From Octopus bimaculoides (lineage: Eukaryota), in the NCBI RefSeq assembly GCF_001194135.2, contig NC_068984.1, positions 25,380,355 to 25,444,354 on the forward strand: DNA of 64,000 nucleotides. Direction: 5' to 3'. Both the position numbers and the translations under genes were made by a program. Positions 1 through 14,445 of this stretch are shown piece after piece. A model generated the notes under the pieces. The model was not told the DNA's origin. It did no database searches and saw only the letters and a program-made list of their open reading frames with translations. The first letter of the stretch is position 1, and each line of letters opens with the position of its first letter.

Positions 1-293
1 CCTGTAGGATTTTCGAGCGAGATCGTTGCCAGTGCCCCTGGACTGGCTTGTGCGGGTGGCACATAAAAGACACCATTTCGAGCGTGGCCGTTTTCGTGCG
101 GGTGACACGTAAAAGCACCCACTACACTCTCTGAGTGGTTGGCGTTAGGAAGGGCATCCAGCTGTAGAAACTCTGCCAAATCAGACTGGAGCCTGGTGTT
201 GCCATCCGGTTTCACCAGTCCTCAGTCAAATCGTCCAACCCATGCTAGCATGGAAAGCGGACGTTAAACGATGATGATGATGATGATGATGAT
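1..293 (+). mobile_element. Family C short retroelement (RTE-type 3' tail, (GAT)n tail), cut by the window start
   Basis: Ends in ccaacccatgctagcatggaaagcggacgttaaac(gat)n. Reverse-complement copy at 9715-10023 shows only one mismatch that I could see. Confidence 0.85.
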
Positions 294-639
294 GGTGGAA
301 TACAATTTGTCACACAAAATATAAATGCTATTGCATGTTTGTTGTGTTTTACAGTTGTGATACTTATATATGGAAGGAGGTGAGAAAGAGGCTGAAAATT
401 CAAAATTTCAAGAAAGAAAAAGAAACAAACCACAATGAAAATGTTAGAAGGAAATGTTTTGTACATCAAGTATGTTTTCTTAAACACAACACATCTATAT
501 GAAATTTTATCTTGGACAAAAATGTACAATATGTCTGTCAATGATGATCTACAGATGGCTTTTTAAAGAATATAATTCTCAAGTTATATTTGTATTTTTA
601 AGTTCATGCGTTTGGGCAAGTTTGTATGCCATTGGGAGA

Positions 640-1390
640 AAGCAATTTTATGTTCCATGACTGCCCTTTCATGAAAAGGAAAGGAATCTTTAAATGTGAT
701 ATTCAGATAGTACAGTTCTCACAATATGCAAGGACAGAGTAAGGCTGAAGAAGGTGGATGGGGTGAACAGAAGATGAAAAAGAGTGGTTGGATGTGTTTT
801 TGGAAACGAATTAAAAACACTTTCTGCTAATGACCTCAAAAGACAAATTTCAAGGGAAGGAAGAAGTAAATATAGTTGGGTGTATAACTTGAGGTCAATG
901 GACACAGATAGCAAAGGTTGGTGTGTGTGCGCATGTGCAAATTATGAAAATTATCATATAGGCCCACAGGTAAAGCTGAATGTGCTCAGTAGACAAGGTT
1001 CATTTTATATTCTTTATTTATTTTCTATTGGTTTATACTGGAGAAAAGGGCCATGTCTATGACTTTCACAGGCTCTCAGAGAATAGTGATATTAATGCTA
1101 TTAGCATTCTTCAAGTTAAGGGCCACAGGAAAAGTATGTACATGGTGAAAATTCTAGAGGACTATCATTCAGGGGAGAGAAGACTAAACATAGAGGTTAA
1201 TATAAGGTCTGAAGTTGAATACGATAAGGGTATTAAGAGGAGATAAGGGAAGTGAGTGAGGGATGTTTGAGTGAAGGTGGTATGGGACCATCCAGATCCA
1301 AAAAATAGAAACTACTATGGTAGTTATTAAAACAGCAGAGAGGAAACAACATAACAGTGGACCAGAATTTGGAGTCTGTTTTGTTAGTGA
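640..1390 (-). mobile_element. Highly degraded LINE remnant, probably CR1-group 3' region
   Basis: Purine-rich plus strand. Broken minus-strand translations faintly resemble the post-RT region of CR1-group LINEs. Many stops. Confidence 0.3.
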
Positions 1391-2263
1391 CTTTATGCCA
1401 AGCAGCCTTTCTTCAGATACAGCACAGTGGGTGTGTTTATGTGCATGTGGCATTAATGAAACAAATTTCCTGGGTGTCTAGCTAAAAGCAAATAGACTGT
1501 GCTATCATGGTGAAGTGCATCCCTGCAAATATCTGAAGTCATGCAAACTCATCAAAATCACTTTAAAAAATTCTCCCCTTTTTTTTTTACTTTTTTTTGT
1601 ATTGTTTTTTTTTAGACATTTTTATTTTGTTTGCTACCAATATGTTGCTAACTCAGACTTCAATTCAGTTAACATCACAGCTTAATTCTGGAAACAGTAT
1701 TTTACCATTCAGCAATTTTCCAAGGAAAAACAAATTTAACAATAAAGGTGGGAGGGTAAAGAAAAATCTAGTAAAGTGGTAGAGATATTTTTAAAAATTT
1801 ATTTGTACTCTCTCTCATTCTATCTCTCTCTCTCTCTTGTTTTTTTTCTTTTTTTTTTTTTCCATGGAAGAAATCATTTCAATTTGAGCTAATATTTTAG
1901 GATCATTGCAACATGCCTGTAACATTTAGTTAAAAATCAATAGTCATAAATAAAAAAAAGACATATATAGGCTGAAATAAAACAGATTCTATTTTGGAAA
2001 CAAAATCTAACAGTAAGATATAATAGTAATTTGCTTCTATTTATGATAAGTATGAGTTTTATGGTTTTCATTACTATCATTGTTAACAGAATAGCTGCAT
2101 TGGCAGAAACGGGTGGAGCAGCCAGCAGACACAAATGCTTTGTAGTTTTTAGTTACATCGTGTAATATTGTGAATCTGAATCCTGCCAAGCTCAACTCAG
2201 CTTTATATTCTTCTACAATCTATAAAGTACCACTCACTTAAATGATTCTGCTAATCCTGTCTT

Positions 2264-2299
<36 letters not shown>

Positions 2300-2303
<4 letters not shown>

Positions 2304-2640
2304 CCAGACATTATGATCAAGGACTACAACAGAGGAACTTGTCTGTTAATAGACATGTCTCTCCGACAAGATCAAAATGTCTCAAGAAAAGAATATGAAA
2401 TATGATAATACCAGTAGTAATTGGTGCATTGGGAATGGTAAAGAAGGGAGCTGAGAAGTATATTGAGCAACTCTCTGGTAACTCCAATCTCCGTGAAGTA
2501 CAAAAGATAACCTTGATGGGTACAGCCCATGTACTACGGAAAGCACATCTAAAATGGAATAAATGTGGTGATAATTTTAGCATGCATAGCTACTCTTGGC
2601 CTCCGGAGGATGCCTGGTACTAAGGCAACTGAAATAAAGT
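2300..2640 (+). mobile_element. R4/Dong-like non-LTR retrotransposon 3' fragment (restriction-like endonuclease C-terminus)
   Basis: PDIMIKDYNRGTCLLIDMS followed by IIPVVIGALGMVKKGAEKYIEQLSGNSNLREVQKITLMGTAHVLRK. This matches the RLE pattern PD..D...ID...PVVIGALG...QK..LLGTA.ILR. Flanked by (TAA)n on both sides. Confidence 0.75.
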
Positions 2641-2825
2641 TATAATGAAAAGATAATAATGATAATAATAATAATGATAATAATAATAATAATCTATATT
2701 AACCAAAATGAAGTAGATTGACAAATTTAGTTTTGAACCAGTTGAAGACACGCGGGATGTCGAAATATTGTTCACTAGATAACAAATGGCACTCTTCTTT
2801 TAATTTTGACTACTACTCCTACTAC

Positions 2826-3177
<352 letters not shown>

Positions 3178-3224
3178 GAATAATATTAATGATGAGGAGG
3201 AGGGCAATTACGATGGTTATGATA

Positions 3225-3436
3225 GTCCCCAGTTTAGGCACTAGGGCAAGAATATTTAAAGAGGAAGGGGAATAGTCAATACCCTCAGCCCCCATACTAG
3301 ATTGGTTCTTTATTTCACTAGCCCTGGAGGGACGCAAGGCAAAATTGTCTTTGGTAGGGTTTGTACCTGGAGTATAAAAACCTGGATTAAATACCACAAG
3401 GTATTTTGTCCATTACTCTAACACTCCTGCCAACCT

Positions 3437-3508
<72 letters not shown>

Positions 3509-3680
3509 TTCCGATTTAAGTACAAGGCCAACAATTTTGAGGGGAAGGGTATTTCACTACCATAAACCTCAGTACTTGACTGGTACTTTATTTTACTGGC
3601 ACCAAAAAAGATGAAAGGCAAAGATGACCTCAGCAAGATTTGAACTTAGAACATAAAGAAGTAGAACAAATATCACAAAG
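3225..3680 (-). mobile_element. Two further diverged family B copies separated by (TAA)23 at 3439-3508
   Basis: Same core motifs (gatgaaaggcaaag, tggtactt, caaggcc), degraded. Confidence 0.65.
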
Positions 3681-4787
3681 AATTTATTTTGACATTCTAG
3701 GGTACTTTTTGGTATCTAGATTCTCATTTGTATTGGCACTTATCATGAAAGTCTCAAGCCTTGAGTCACTCTGTAACTTCAGTCAACTCTCATTGATATA
3801 TATTTGCAGGCTCTCTTTCCATATGAGAGAACTGAGAATGAAAATAAAACAAATAATTCTACCAACACAGTAAACAAGGGCTTTTTCACAAATAGTAAAG
3901 CTACAACATGCAGATGTGAAAAATGTTACTGAGAATATGGTGTCACTTTTATCTTTCATATTTCTAATGCAATATAATGTTGTTATTTACTTTATGAACT
4001 TCTAATTAATAAATGATTAGGTCATCACAGATACTCTTTGATTTTGGAGTTCAAAAGTTTAGCAGTCTACACACTCCAAGTTAGTCTGCTGCTTGAAAGT
4101 TCAAAACATTTATGCAGTATTACCATAATGGGCTAAATGAATTGGGAAAAGTAACATTATAAAGTACAGTCTCATTAAGTAGCAATTTGAGAGTTAAATA
4201 TATTACAGCAAAATATCATAAGCAATCCACTAATGGTGAAGAGTGGTGTTCTTGAAATATGAAAGAAATCAAATGGTTTTTTAAATATGTCTATTTTTGT
4301 GAAGACATGGTACTGGGTTTCAGAAATTGTGCATAGTGGGAAGCTTCTGCATAAAAGAAATTAATTGTAAGTATTGTAAAGAATGAAGACAAGCAGTCAT
4401 GGATAAATGTTATAGATTTTCATTTTCATAAAAACACCTAATCAAATGAAAGAGCAAGGAAAATAAAATCGTTTGCTATCATATGACAAAAATGATTTTC
4501 TAGCAATATTCAAAAAGGCTAAAGGCCTCTAATTGACTCATGAATAAGATGGATAACACAAATCATTAAAAAGTAATAAATAGATACAGATGGAGATTGT
4601 TAGATAATACAAAACCAAGTTGTAGAACAAAAACAAAGAATCAACTTAGGAAAGATATAATCCATATAGAAGATATATCAAAAGGCTTCATTGATGCAAA
4701 TACAAATTAAACTCATCAAAAATAGAACAAAAAGAAATAAGGACAAAATTAAATGAACTTTTAACATGTCTTTTATACTTTACTTAC

Positions 4788-4865
4788 AACAAATGAAGAC
4801 ATTTTCAAGTTTATGTTGAAGTGAATCACATTATCCTCAAACTCTGACTGATAGAGCAAATCGAC
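4788..4865 (-). CDS. Candidate internal exon (VDLLYQSEFEDNVIHFNINLKMSSFV), unidentified
   Basis: atgatag acceptor, open phase-0 frame of 78 nt, gtaagt donor. No recognisable homology. Confidence 0.22.
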
Positions 4866-6228
4866 CTATCATTCTCAAATTTCTAGTAAATGTATGTTAT
4901 CATATATATTTTATTACAATATTATATAATTGGCAGCCAAAATAGTGTTGTATTGAAGGATAGTCACTGGTTATTCTGTAATTAAATATTTCTTAATTTT
5001 GCTCTGCATCAGCAAAAATTCTATTTGCATTATATCTTTATATTTGAAATAAGAATGAAAATGATTCCCAGAATACGATCAATATTGACAATGCGAAGAT
5101 GAGATGCTGGATTTGTAACTCCTAAATTGGTTGTTTGTATGCCACTGCAGATGTTATGTTGCTCCCCAAGGCAAGAAACACAATAGCACTTCCCTATTGC
5201 TTTATACCTGATGAAAAAAATCATTGTTGACATTTTTTTCCCATGACAATTGCAAAAAGTTAGATATATTATTCCATTAACTATCATATTACTTCATCTC
5301 TGTTTTATATTAAATTTGTTTTCCTAAAGAAAAAGATCAACAGTTCCCTGTTGGTCTTTTTGTTAAGATGAATCAAATGAGTGCAAATTATTTCTTGCCA
5401 TCTCTTCTATTTTAAGTAAAATATATTAACTTGACATTCAAATTGTTAGAAACAATAAGAATATGAAGCAACTACTATTCCATTTAATTCCAAAGAAATA
5501 TAGTAATTTTATCGTAAATATCGGAAGCAAATGATAAAGATATCAGAAATATCAAAACTAAGAACATAAAGTAGAAACCTAATTTATTACAACAAAAGTA
5601 GGTCTGATTATTTTCAAAAATAATACTCATTTTTCTTTTTTAATTCAATAAATGAAAAAGAAATCAAGAAAAAAAGAGAGAAAAAACACAATTGCAACTA
5701 ATGAGAAAAGGATGTTGAAGATTGACCCAGAGATATACAACAATTGATGGTCTATTTTTAGAGCTAATTCCCGGCAATAGCTTGAAAGAAATAACCAAAA
5801 CTGTTTGATTAATCAATGATTTCAGCTTTAACTCATTCACTGTTATATTACCTACAGCTGAAATTCTAGAAGACTCTAAATCTTAATTCAATATGATATG
5901 TTAATGAAACCATAAAGCAACTTAGTCTAGAAATAACCATCACTGAGCCAAAAATAGAAACTGTTTTTAATTACAACTCCAGGAATTTATTTATAAAGAG
6001 CAATATTCCCACACTCACACAATATATATAGATTTCTCTAAAACTGTATTTGGTGCATAATATAAATAAAAATTTTGCTGCCATTTGTAAAACACCCATG
6101 AGAATAATGGGTACAAAGTGGTTAATGTGTGCAATGAAAAATTCAGAAAGATTACTTACATGTCATATGTTAAGTGAAGAAAAAAGATCCCCTAAATGGA
6201 TTACCATACAGTAAAAAAGAAAAAAATT

Positions 6229-6657
6229 GCAGCCTGGTTGTGTGTGGTAAGAAACTTACTTCATACCACACAGCCAGGATACAAATAGTTCCAGGTTCAG
6301 TCCCACTGCATAGCATCTTGGGTAAATATCTTCTGCTATAAACCCCAGGACGACCAAACCTTCTGGGTGGATTTGATAGATAGTAACTGAAAGAAAACGC
6401 ATGCATGCGCATGTGTGTGTGTGCATGCACATGCGTGTATGTGTGTCTTTGTGTTTATCAACCACCATTACTTGACAACCAATGTTATTTTGTTTACACC
6501 TCAGTAACTTAGTGGTTCGGCAAGAGAGCTGATAGAATAAGTACCAGGCTTAAAAATAAGTACTGGTGTCAATTTCTTTGACTTAATCTTTCAATGCAGT
6601 GCCCAAGCATGGCCACAAGTCCAATAAAACCAAAGAAACCAGGTAAAAAGTAAAAAG
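6229..6657 (+). mobile_element. Family A tRNA-headed SINE with internal TG/CATG microsatellite
   Basis: A-box-like tgtgtggtaag, B-box-like ggttcagtccc, core cttgggtaaat...aaactgaaagaa, 3' half cttgacaacc...gatagaataagtac, taaaag tail. Confidence 0.8.
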
Positions 6658-9600
6658 ATCTGATTTCAAAATCACTGAGGATTCAATCAATCAGGTCCCA
6701 TAAGTTATACTGACTTTTTCTCTCTCACTTTTTGTGTTTGAATAGAGCAGTGTTACAAGAAGATGAAAATATTATATCACATATTTGTAATGGTGTCAGT
6801 ACCTTAAATATAAAACTGATAACACTTAAATAAATGTCAATATCTGGGATACTATCCTACTACCGGAAATTCATTTATGAATTGTTTTATACAAATTATA
6901 GTAGGAAAACACCCAACAGAACGGAAACCAAAATACTTCCATAACTAAATTAGATGTAGCTTATATATTTTGTCTTTATTCCATCTGTGATTTTTCTCAC
7001 ATAGTAAATAGTTACACAGAAAGAATTATTACTTACACTAAAAGTGCAAACATGGCAGTGAAGTTTACATGACACTCATGTAGCTTTGAATTTTATCCTG
7101 CTGCACAGCAACTCAAGCAAGTGTCTTTCACCATAGACTTGGTTTGACTAAAATTTTGAGTAAAATTTGGTCAACAGAAATAGTGTGCGCATGTGTGCAC
7201 GCAAGCATGCATGTGAGCAAGATTAAGAGCAGGACATGTTAGAATCAGTGCATTGAAAATACCTTGTGGTATTTAGATTTGCCCCATTGGAACTTTCAGC
7301 ATGTCTGTGAAATATCCAGGAAGCACAGCCATCATTTACCAGATTTGACAAATCAAGTTCTAACAGTAAATTCCCAAACTGATAAAATCAGGAAATGAAC
7401 CTCATTTACAGAACACTATACAAAAAAAAAGCAGACTTGCAACATTTTTATGATAGGGTGGTTAAGAGCCAAATAAAGAGTTCATTACTAACTGAACTAT
7501 GTATACAATTCTACACTCTATCAAGTATGTGTTTGGGAGAACTTGGCCAAATGCGTGAGAATGCTCCATTTTAGACCACATTTGGCTCTTATGTATAAGT
7601 GTTTCCTGTGGCAGTAAAAAAGGAAAGATAAAAGAGAAATTGCAAGCAATACAGAAAACCCTTTTTTTTTTTATTCCTTTAATTATTTTACAGGGTTCAT
7701 TCATTCAATTCTAGTCATACTGGGCATACCTTTAGGAGTTTAGTCAATTATATTGACCATAGTATTTTGTCTAGTACTTATTTTATCAACTGCATAAGGT
7801 AGATCAAGCAAAACACACACAAACACACGGTTTCCTTCAACTAAATTTCACATACAAGACTTTCATCAAAATATTTCCTTAAAATGCCACACAGTGGTAG
7901 TGACCCCCTGAACCTTATAATCACGAAGTAAGGTTTTTCATCATGCTGCCATATCTGCCACCACATTTAATATTTAAAGATATTTTCATAACACACACAC
8001 ACACACATACACATGCGTATGTGTGTGCAGAACATAATTAAGGGAGATTTTTGTAAAGAAATTTATGGGTTTAGCCATAACAGAGAATTTTCATAAAAAT
8101 TGAAGGGAGGTTAAAAATTGATAGAAACTTAAGTAGGTATGAATTTTGGGAAGGAAATGTAATTTCCTGGATGTGACTCAAGTAATGTCAAGTACCATAA
8201 TAATTGGCCATTAACTTGAAGTTATAGAATTTATCTTTTTGAGCAAATATATTTCTTCTCTCAAGTGTAATTCTTTTTTTATATTAATCTTTTATAAACT
8301 GAACTTTGGATCATCCTATTTATTGCACCAGGCTTCAGTACATCAATATAAAATTACACTCATAAACTATAACGATATCTGAAAAGATAATCACGAGACT
8401 TAAAATAAATGAACAATATGATAAACAGACAGACGTGTGTGTGTGTGTGTGTGTGTGTGTGCATGTGTGTGTCGGTGTGCTTGCATGTGTGTGTCTGTGT
8501 ATGTGCACGTGTGCTGAAACTGTTACAAATTATGCTTTGTCTAATAAAGTAGTATTAATTTAGATTCTTTTGTAATACATTCCCATATGAATAAGTTAAA
8601 TTCCCGTATGAACAAGTCAAATTGTTATCGCAAATCTTTCTATCTTTCTCTCACACACAGGTGCACACGAATGCATATGTATATGTAAAGCAGTAGTTCT
8701 TTCATGCAAGTTTCATTGAAAACACAACTAAACAAAGATTATCAGCTTAAACACATTTAGAAAGTTTACAAGCTTAATACATACTGAAATATAGCCCAAG
8801 TTTAGAAGATGGAATTCAGTACGTAGCAAGAAAAAAAAAAAATTATAAAAAAATGCTTATATATTGCAAAGAAAAAATCTGAAATAAAGGAGACACATAG
8901 TAAAAACGAAGAGTTGAGAAGTAGTGTGAAGTTTAATTGGGAGGGAGGATAAATAAGATATTTAGTCAGTGTGAGATAGCTGGAATTGACAGAGATGCAT
9001 ACAATGTCTGATAGAAGTGATTGAGTAAATATAATTTGTTCAAGCATGAAGACACATACAAATGAGAGTGATGATGGTACATATAAATAAATGTATAAAC
9101 TGTATGCCTATATTGTATCAAAAATAATTGAGCTCGCACAAGGCAATAATATTTACATAGAACCCCACTTTCACTGAAAGAGTTTGATAGGTTGTTATGG
9201 AACTATCTTGAAGCGTATTACCCTAAGTATTACTTGAAAAGTGTCCCCTTCCCTGCCTCCATGAAAATATCAAATGACAGAAGTGTTTTTAGTTTGTCTG
9301 CAGTTGGCCTTGGTCTATCTTTCATCTGTAAACTACTTCACTGCTTAAGTGACATTTACCCAAAAACATTTCCATTGATCACAAATTATCTGCCCCACAT
9401 TCTCTTATCTTAGACTAACTTTCCTTCAAGTTAAAACATTTAATAGAGATGGTTTGACAACGTGGAAGGAAACAAATTACACTTATGTCATATCATATAA
9501 ATAAATACACACAGAGAAAATAGGAAAGGACAGCATGAAAGAAACTGATCTGAAATTTAGGTCTTTCAGTATCATTTGCATGATGTTCATACTCTTTTTC

Positions 9601-9714
9601 TCTTCTCACCAATTTAACCTTTATTATTTTGAAATAATTTTTTTTATATCATTTAAAATTAAGGAGATTTTGATGATGTCAGAAAAGGATCCAAGCATAA
9701 AGCTGTATGTTGCT

Positions 9715-10023
9715 ATCATCGTTTAACGTCCGCTTTCCATGCTAGCATGGGTTGGACGATTTGACTGAGGACTGGTGAAACCAGATGGCAACACCAGGCT
9801 CCAGTCTGATTTGGCAGAGTTTCTACAGCTGGATGCCCTTCCTAACGCCAACCACTCAGAGAGTGTAGTGGGTGCTTTTACGTGTCACCCGCACGAAAAC
9901 GGCCACGCTCGAAATGGTGTCTTTTATGTGCCACCCGCACAAGCCAGTCCAGGGGCACTGGCAACGATCTCGCTCGAAAATCCTACAGGAGCCAGTCAGG
10001 CGGTACTGGCAACAGCCACGCTC
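9715..10023 (-). mobile_element. Family C short retroelement, young copy
   Basis: Reverse complement is nearly identical to 1-275. Confidence 0.9.
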
Positions 10024-11714
10024 ATATATATATATATATATATAAATAAACACAGAGGTTATATGCATATGTATATACATACACACACATAACTACATAA
10101 ACTGGGGGCGGGGGTCATAGATAGCATTTTTCAGGCAAATATGAAAGTAATACATTAAATATATTCCTGAAACTATAGATGTTGTGGCAACATACAGGTT
10201 ATAATATAACACAATGGAAGTTTGAATCAACAAATATAATGATATGAGGTAGCAAGAATCAAAATCCTTGATTATAGACTGACAATCACTCGAAATAATT
10301 AAAAGTAATGATAGAATTAGTAAAAACTAGAAATTTTTTCAGTAATCTACATCATCAAAATCATTTCAACATCCACTTTTCTATGCTTACATGGGTCAGG
10401 TGAAATTTGTTGGGATAGGTTTCTATGGACAGATGCCTTTCTTGTCAGCAACATTACACTTGTTTCCAAGCAAGGTAATATTTCCCTTGCTTTCAAACAG
10501 GTTTTCACGAAAAATTTAGAAACAAACACTGCCACTAGTGTGATATTTGAGATGAATTCTTGTAAAGTAGTTTTACACTTGGATATTCTTATTTAACTTG
10601 AAAATTTGAGAAAACGTGTCCCCAAGAGATTCATAATACAGTAACAGTAGAACGATTTAGGTTTATGACATTATGGCCAGTAACTTGGCATCTTAACCTC
10701 AGTCATCTATATCTCATCCCAGCTATTCTGCTTTGCAATTTAAATAGATTAAAGCAAGTTACTGTTCTAATCATCTAATAATTGCGTAATATGCAACACA
10801 GTTATGTGGATGAAATGAGAATTTGCTAAATTCCAAGAACACTCAAGCTAGAAGTGTACAACATGCTAGTATTGATTTTCTGTGTGTTTAATGATCACAT
10901 AAATATAACCAAATTATTTGCGCATGCTAAATCCCAGCAATAGAAGGAGTCTTTAACAAAGTAGATTATTTCATAGTCAGGAAGGAATATTTTTTCTTGT
11001 ATCTTCAATTAAGGGATCATTCAGTATAAAATGTTCAAATCCCAGAAAATAATTAATCTCACCTTTATGCTGATAAGAGCAAAAATTAAAGAATAACAAT
11101 ACATTAAATACATTTTAAAGATTTAATACTTAAAAGAGAAAAACAAACTAGATAATTTAACATTCATAAATGCCAAGTTGTGCAATGAAGGTACACAGAG
11201 AAAAATGGTCCAAAAGACAAAATGACTGGAATTGGTTAACATTAATGACCAATAGTAACACTTGTCTTTTTTTCCTTCTTCTCTGCTCTCTTCATCGAAG
11301 ACAATGTCCCAAAAAGTGCAGTTATATAGGAAAATTTAAGAGCAGAATATGCAGCTTTATCACAAATGATCACTAGTAAGATACTAAATATTTTCTGTTC
11401 CCAATTAAAAACTCTCAAAAACAGTGCCCAGCAATGACTGCAGTCCAATGACTGAGAACATTAACCTAATAAAAAAAAAAAAAGGAATTAGATGTATTTA
11501 TCATATAGATATTATCTTCAATGTCTATATTTAATTAAAATTATAATGGTCATATAGGTATTTTAAAGCATGTTCAATATGTAAAGTGATATTACATAAA
11601 TTCCTGAAACATGTTCTAATATATTATCATCATTTTAATGTCCACTTTTCTATGTTTAAGGACTTATTTATCATCCATATTCCATACTGCCATGGGTTAG
11701 TGTGTGTGTGTGTA

Positions 11715-11757
<43 letters not shown>

Positions 11758-13699
11758 NNNNNNNNNNNNNNNNNNNNNNNNNNNNNNNNNNNNNNNNNNN
11801 NNNNNNNNNNNNNNNNNNNNNNNNNNNNNNNNNNNNNNNNNNNNNNNNNNNNNNNNNNNNNNNNNNNNNNNNNNNNNNNNNNNNNNNNNNNNNNNNNNNN
11901 NNNNNNNNNNNNNNNNNNNNNNNNNNNNNNNNNNNNNNNNNNNNNNNNNNNNNNNNNNNNNNNNNNNNNNNNNNNNNNNNNNNNNNNNNNNNNNNNNNNN
12001 NNNNNNNNNNNNNNNNNNNNNNNNNNNNNNNNNNNNNNNNNNNNNNNNNNNNNNNNNNNNNNNNNNNNNNNNNNNNNNNNNNNNNNNNNNNNNNNNNNNN
12101 NNNNNNNNNNNNNNNNNNNNNNNNNNNNNNNNNNNNNNNNNNNNNNNNNNNNNNNNNNNNNNNNNNNNNNNNNNNNNNNNNNNNNNNNNTATATATATAT
12201 ATATATATGGCATAATCAACAATTAAACATATCCAAACAGGAAATTTAAGTGATAAGATGATGTACTTTTTCATTCAGGTGCAACACCAAAAAATTTTTT
12301 TAACTTGTATTATTGTGAGCTGGAGGTGATCAGTAACCCAAATAGAGATAAGTCAAAGGAAATATAAAACTAACCTGAGATGCCTTGAGTGTGGAAAGGA
12401 AATTACTAAAAAAACATCACAGAGAAGTATCTCTATAATTCCATCTAATCCAAATGGTGTGGTAGAAGCAAAGAAAGGTATATGGATTTCTTATATACTT
12501 TCACTACCGTTAAGATCTGCAGAGATCTTTAACTTAAACAGGTATATTACTTGCTAAATAACTAAGTAGGATGTAATGTACCTATTATAAGCAACTGTAC
12601 AAGAATAGGGTAATGAAAACTTGTGATGCAGATGGTATGAAATATAAACAATTTTTCTTTAAAAAAATAGCAGTGTCAATAATAAAAATAAACCAATAAT
12701 AGGATATGATATATAAAGTTCAGTTCATTGAATCTCATAAAAGCTGAATGAGTAAAGATCAGAGATTTTAGAGGAACTTCAAAGAGGAAACCAGCCTCTG
12801 ACGGAAAAAATCCATTTATGCTGCCAGCAACCTAACAAACCCACCTACAACAGGATACATAACTGATAAACATCTGCCTGAATCTATGACTATTTTCCAA
12901 GCAAGAAGACTGTGGGGGAGTGATACAGCAGTGATAAATACAATGCCATAAGACCCTTAATGTAATGGAAGCCTAGGTTTTATAAGCTGTAGCAGGCAGG
13001 TTTATCTACTTGGATATATAGATCAGGTGTAATGGAAAATAAAAATAAATTTAAAAAATTATTTGAAAATAACAAAAAAAAATTAAAAAGCTTAAAACAA
13101 TGTTTGGCAAGTTTTCTTCAGAAAAAAGCATTCCCAGTTGACATGAACCATGTGTGAAGACCCTGAATTCCTTCTTTTGTAAACAGATTAAAATAGGCTC
13201 TTAGGAAAAGTCAAGTTTATTTTGAGATAAGTGGCAGCACATGTTCAGAATTAAAGTAGTTTTTTTTATGAAGACACTATCTGTATACCTGTTCATTATT
13301 CATGTAGATTGAGCAAATAAGTAGCAGTTGTATGGATGGAGTACATAATATATAGTGTATAGATCATATACAGAATATCATTGCCTAAGAGCATAGTTCA
13401 CAATCTTGGTAAACAGACTTGATTAAATATATATAGTTTGAACTAATACTCATAAAAACAATTTTAATTTAATAAAGTTCCCATAAAATACAAGGTAAAA
13501 AAAAGAAAAATAGACATGAAGAAAGAATTAAACTAATACACATTTTATGATCAGAGGATGAAATTTTATATACGAAAATTAAAGGCAGCCTGTGTACAAA
13601 TGTTTACAATTGTTAATATATCATCAAATGTCCACTTTTTCAAGTTTGCATGGATCAGACGGAATTTGTAAAGGTAGATTCTTTACAGCCATCAGTCCA

Positions 13700-13875
13700 C
13701 ACACATGCATGTACGAGATGAGCTTATTTCAGTTTCTATCTACTAAATTCACTAACAAAGCTTTGGTTGGCCTGGGGCTAGAGCAGAAGATACTTGCCCG
13801 AGGTTCCACGCAGTGGCAAATATATTCTACTCAAGCCCTTGAACCCAAGACCACATGGTTGAGAAGCAAGCTGTT
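13700..13875 (-). mobile_element. Family A SINE, 5' half
   Basis: tttcagtttctatc...caaagctttggttggcc...agaagatacttgccc...accacatggttgagaagcaagc. Confidence 0.75.
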
Positions 13876-14165
13876 ATTGCTTAACTCCATCTTAATCCTC
13901 ATAAAGTTCACCTATGATCAAAAGTACTCCAGCCATGACATCCCTATCAATTTCCTATGTGTAGGGAATCAAGGAGTATATTATTGAATGTGAGCATTTT
14001 TAAGATGGTGGGTAAGTATTAATAAGACATTTTCTTTAATGAGAGGGGGAGGGAGAGATAGATATATATATATATATATATANNNNNNNNNNNNNNNNNN
14101 NNNNNNNNNNNNNNNNNNNNNNNNNNNNNNNNNNNNNNNNNNNNNNNNNNNNNNNNNNNNNNNNN

Positions 14166-14196
<31 letters not shown>

Positions 14197-14226
14197 CACT
14201 AGCAAATATCCTTAATAGCCTTGAGA

Positions 14227-14445
14227 AAGGCGGTCAGCTAAGCAGTATCATTACAGCATCAGAAAACGTGCCTTGCAGTATTTATTCTAGCTCTTTACAT
14301 TCTGAATTCAAATCCTGCCGAAGTCAACATTGCCTTTTAGAGTGATGGAGAGGTGGGGTATAAAATTAAGTACTAATCTACTATTGAGGCTGATGATACC
14401 AACTGGTCCCCACCCTTAAAAACTGCTGACCATTGTCTAGAAACA
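14227..14445 (+). mobile_element. Family B SINE, diverged
   Basis: aaggcggtcagct head, ctgaattcaaatcctgccgaagtcaac core. Confidence 0.65.

Noticed and set aside
5030-5207. Cys-rich minus ORF YKAIGKCYCVSCLGEQHNICSG after a good acceptor
   Set aside because: No convincing donor, no phase match to the next candidate exon, and no recognisable domain.
11586-12274. Long ORFs here and at 37.1-38.1, 39.9-41.2, 54.0-54.7 and 60.1-60.8 kb
   Set aside because: They are open only because they run through N-gaps and dinucleotide repeats.
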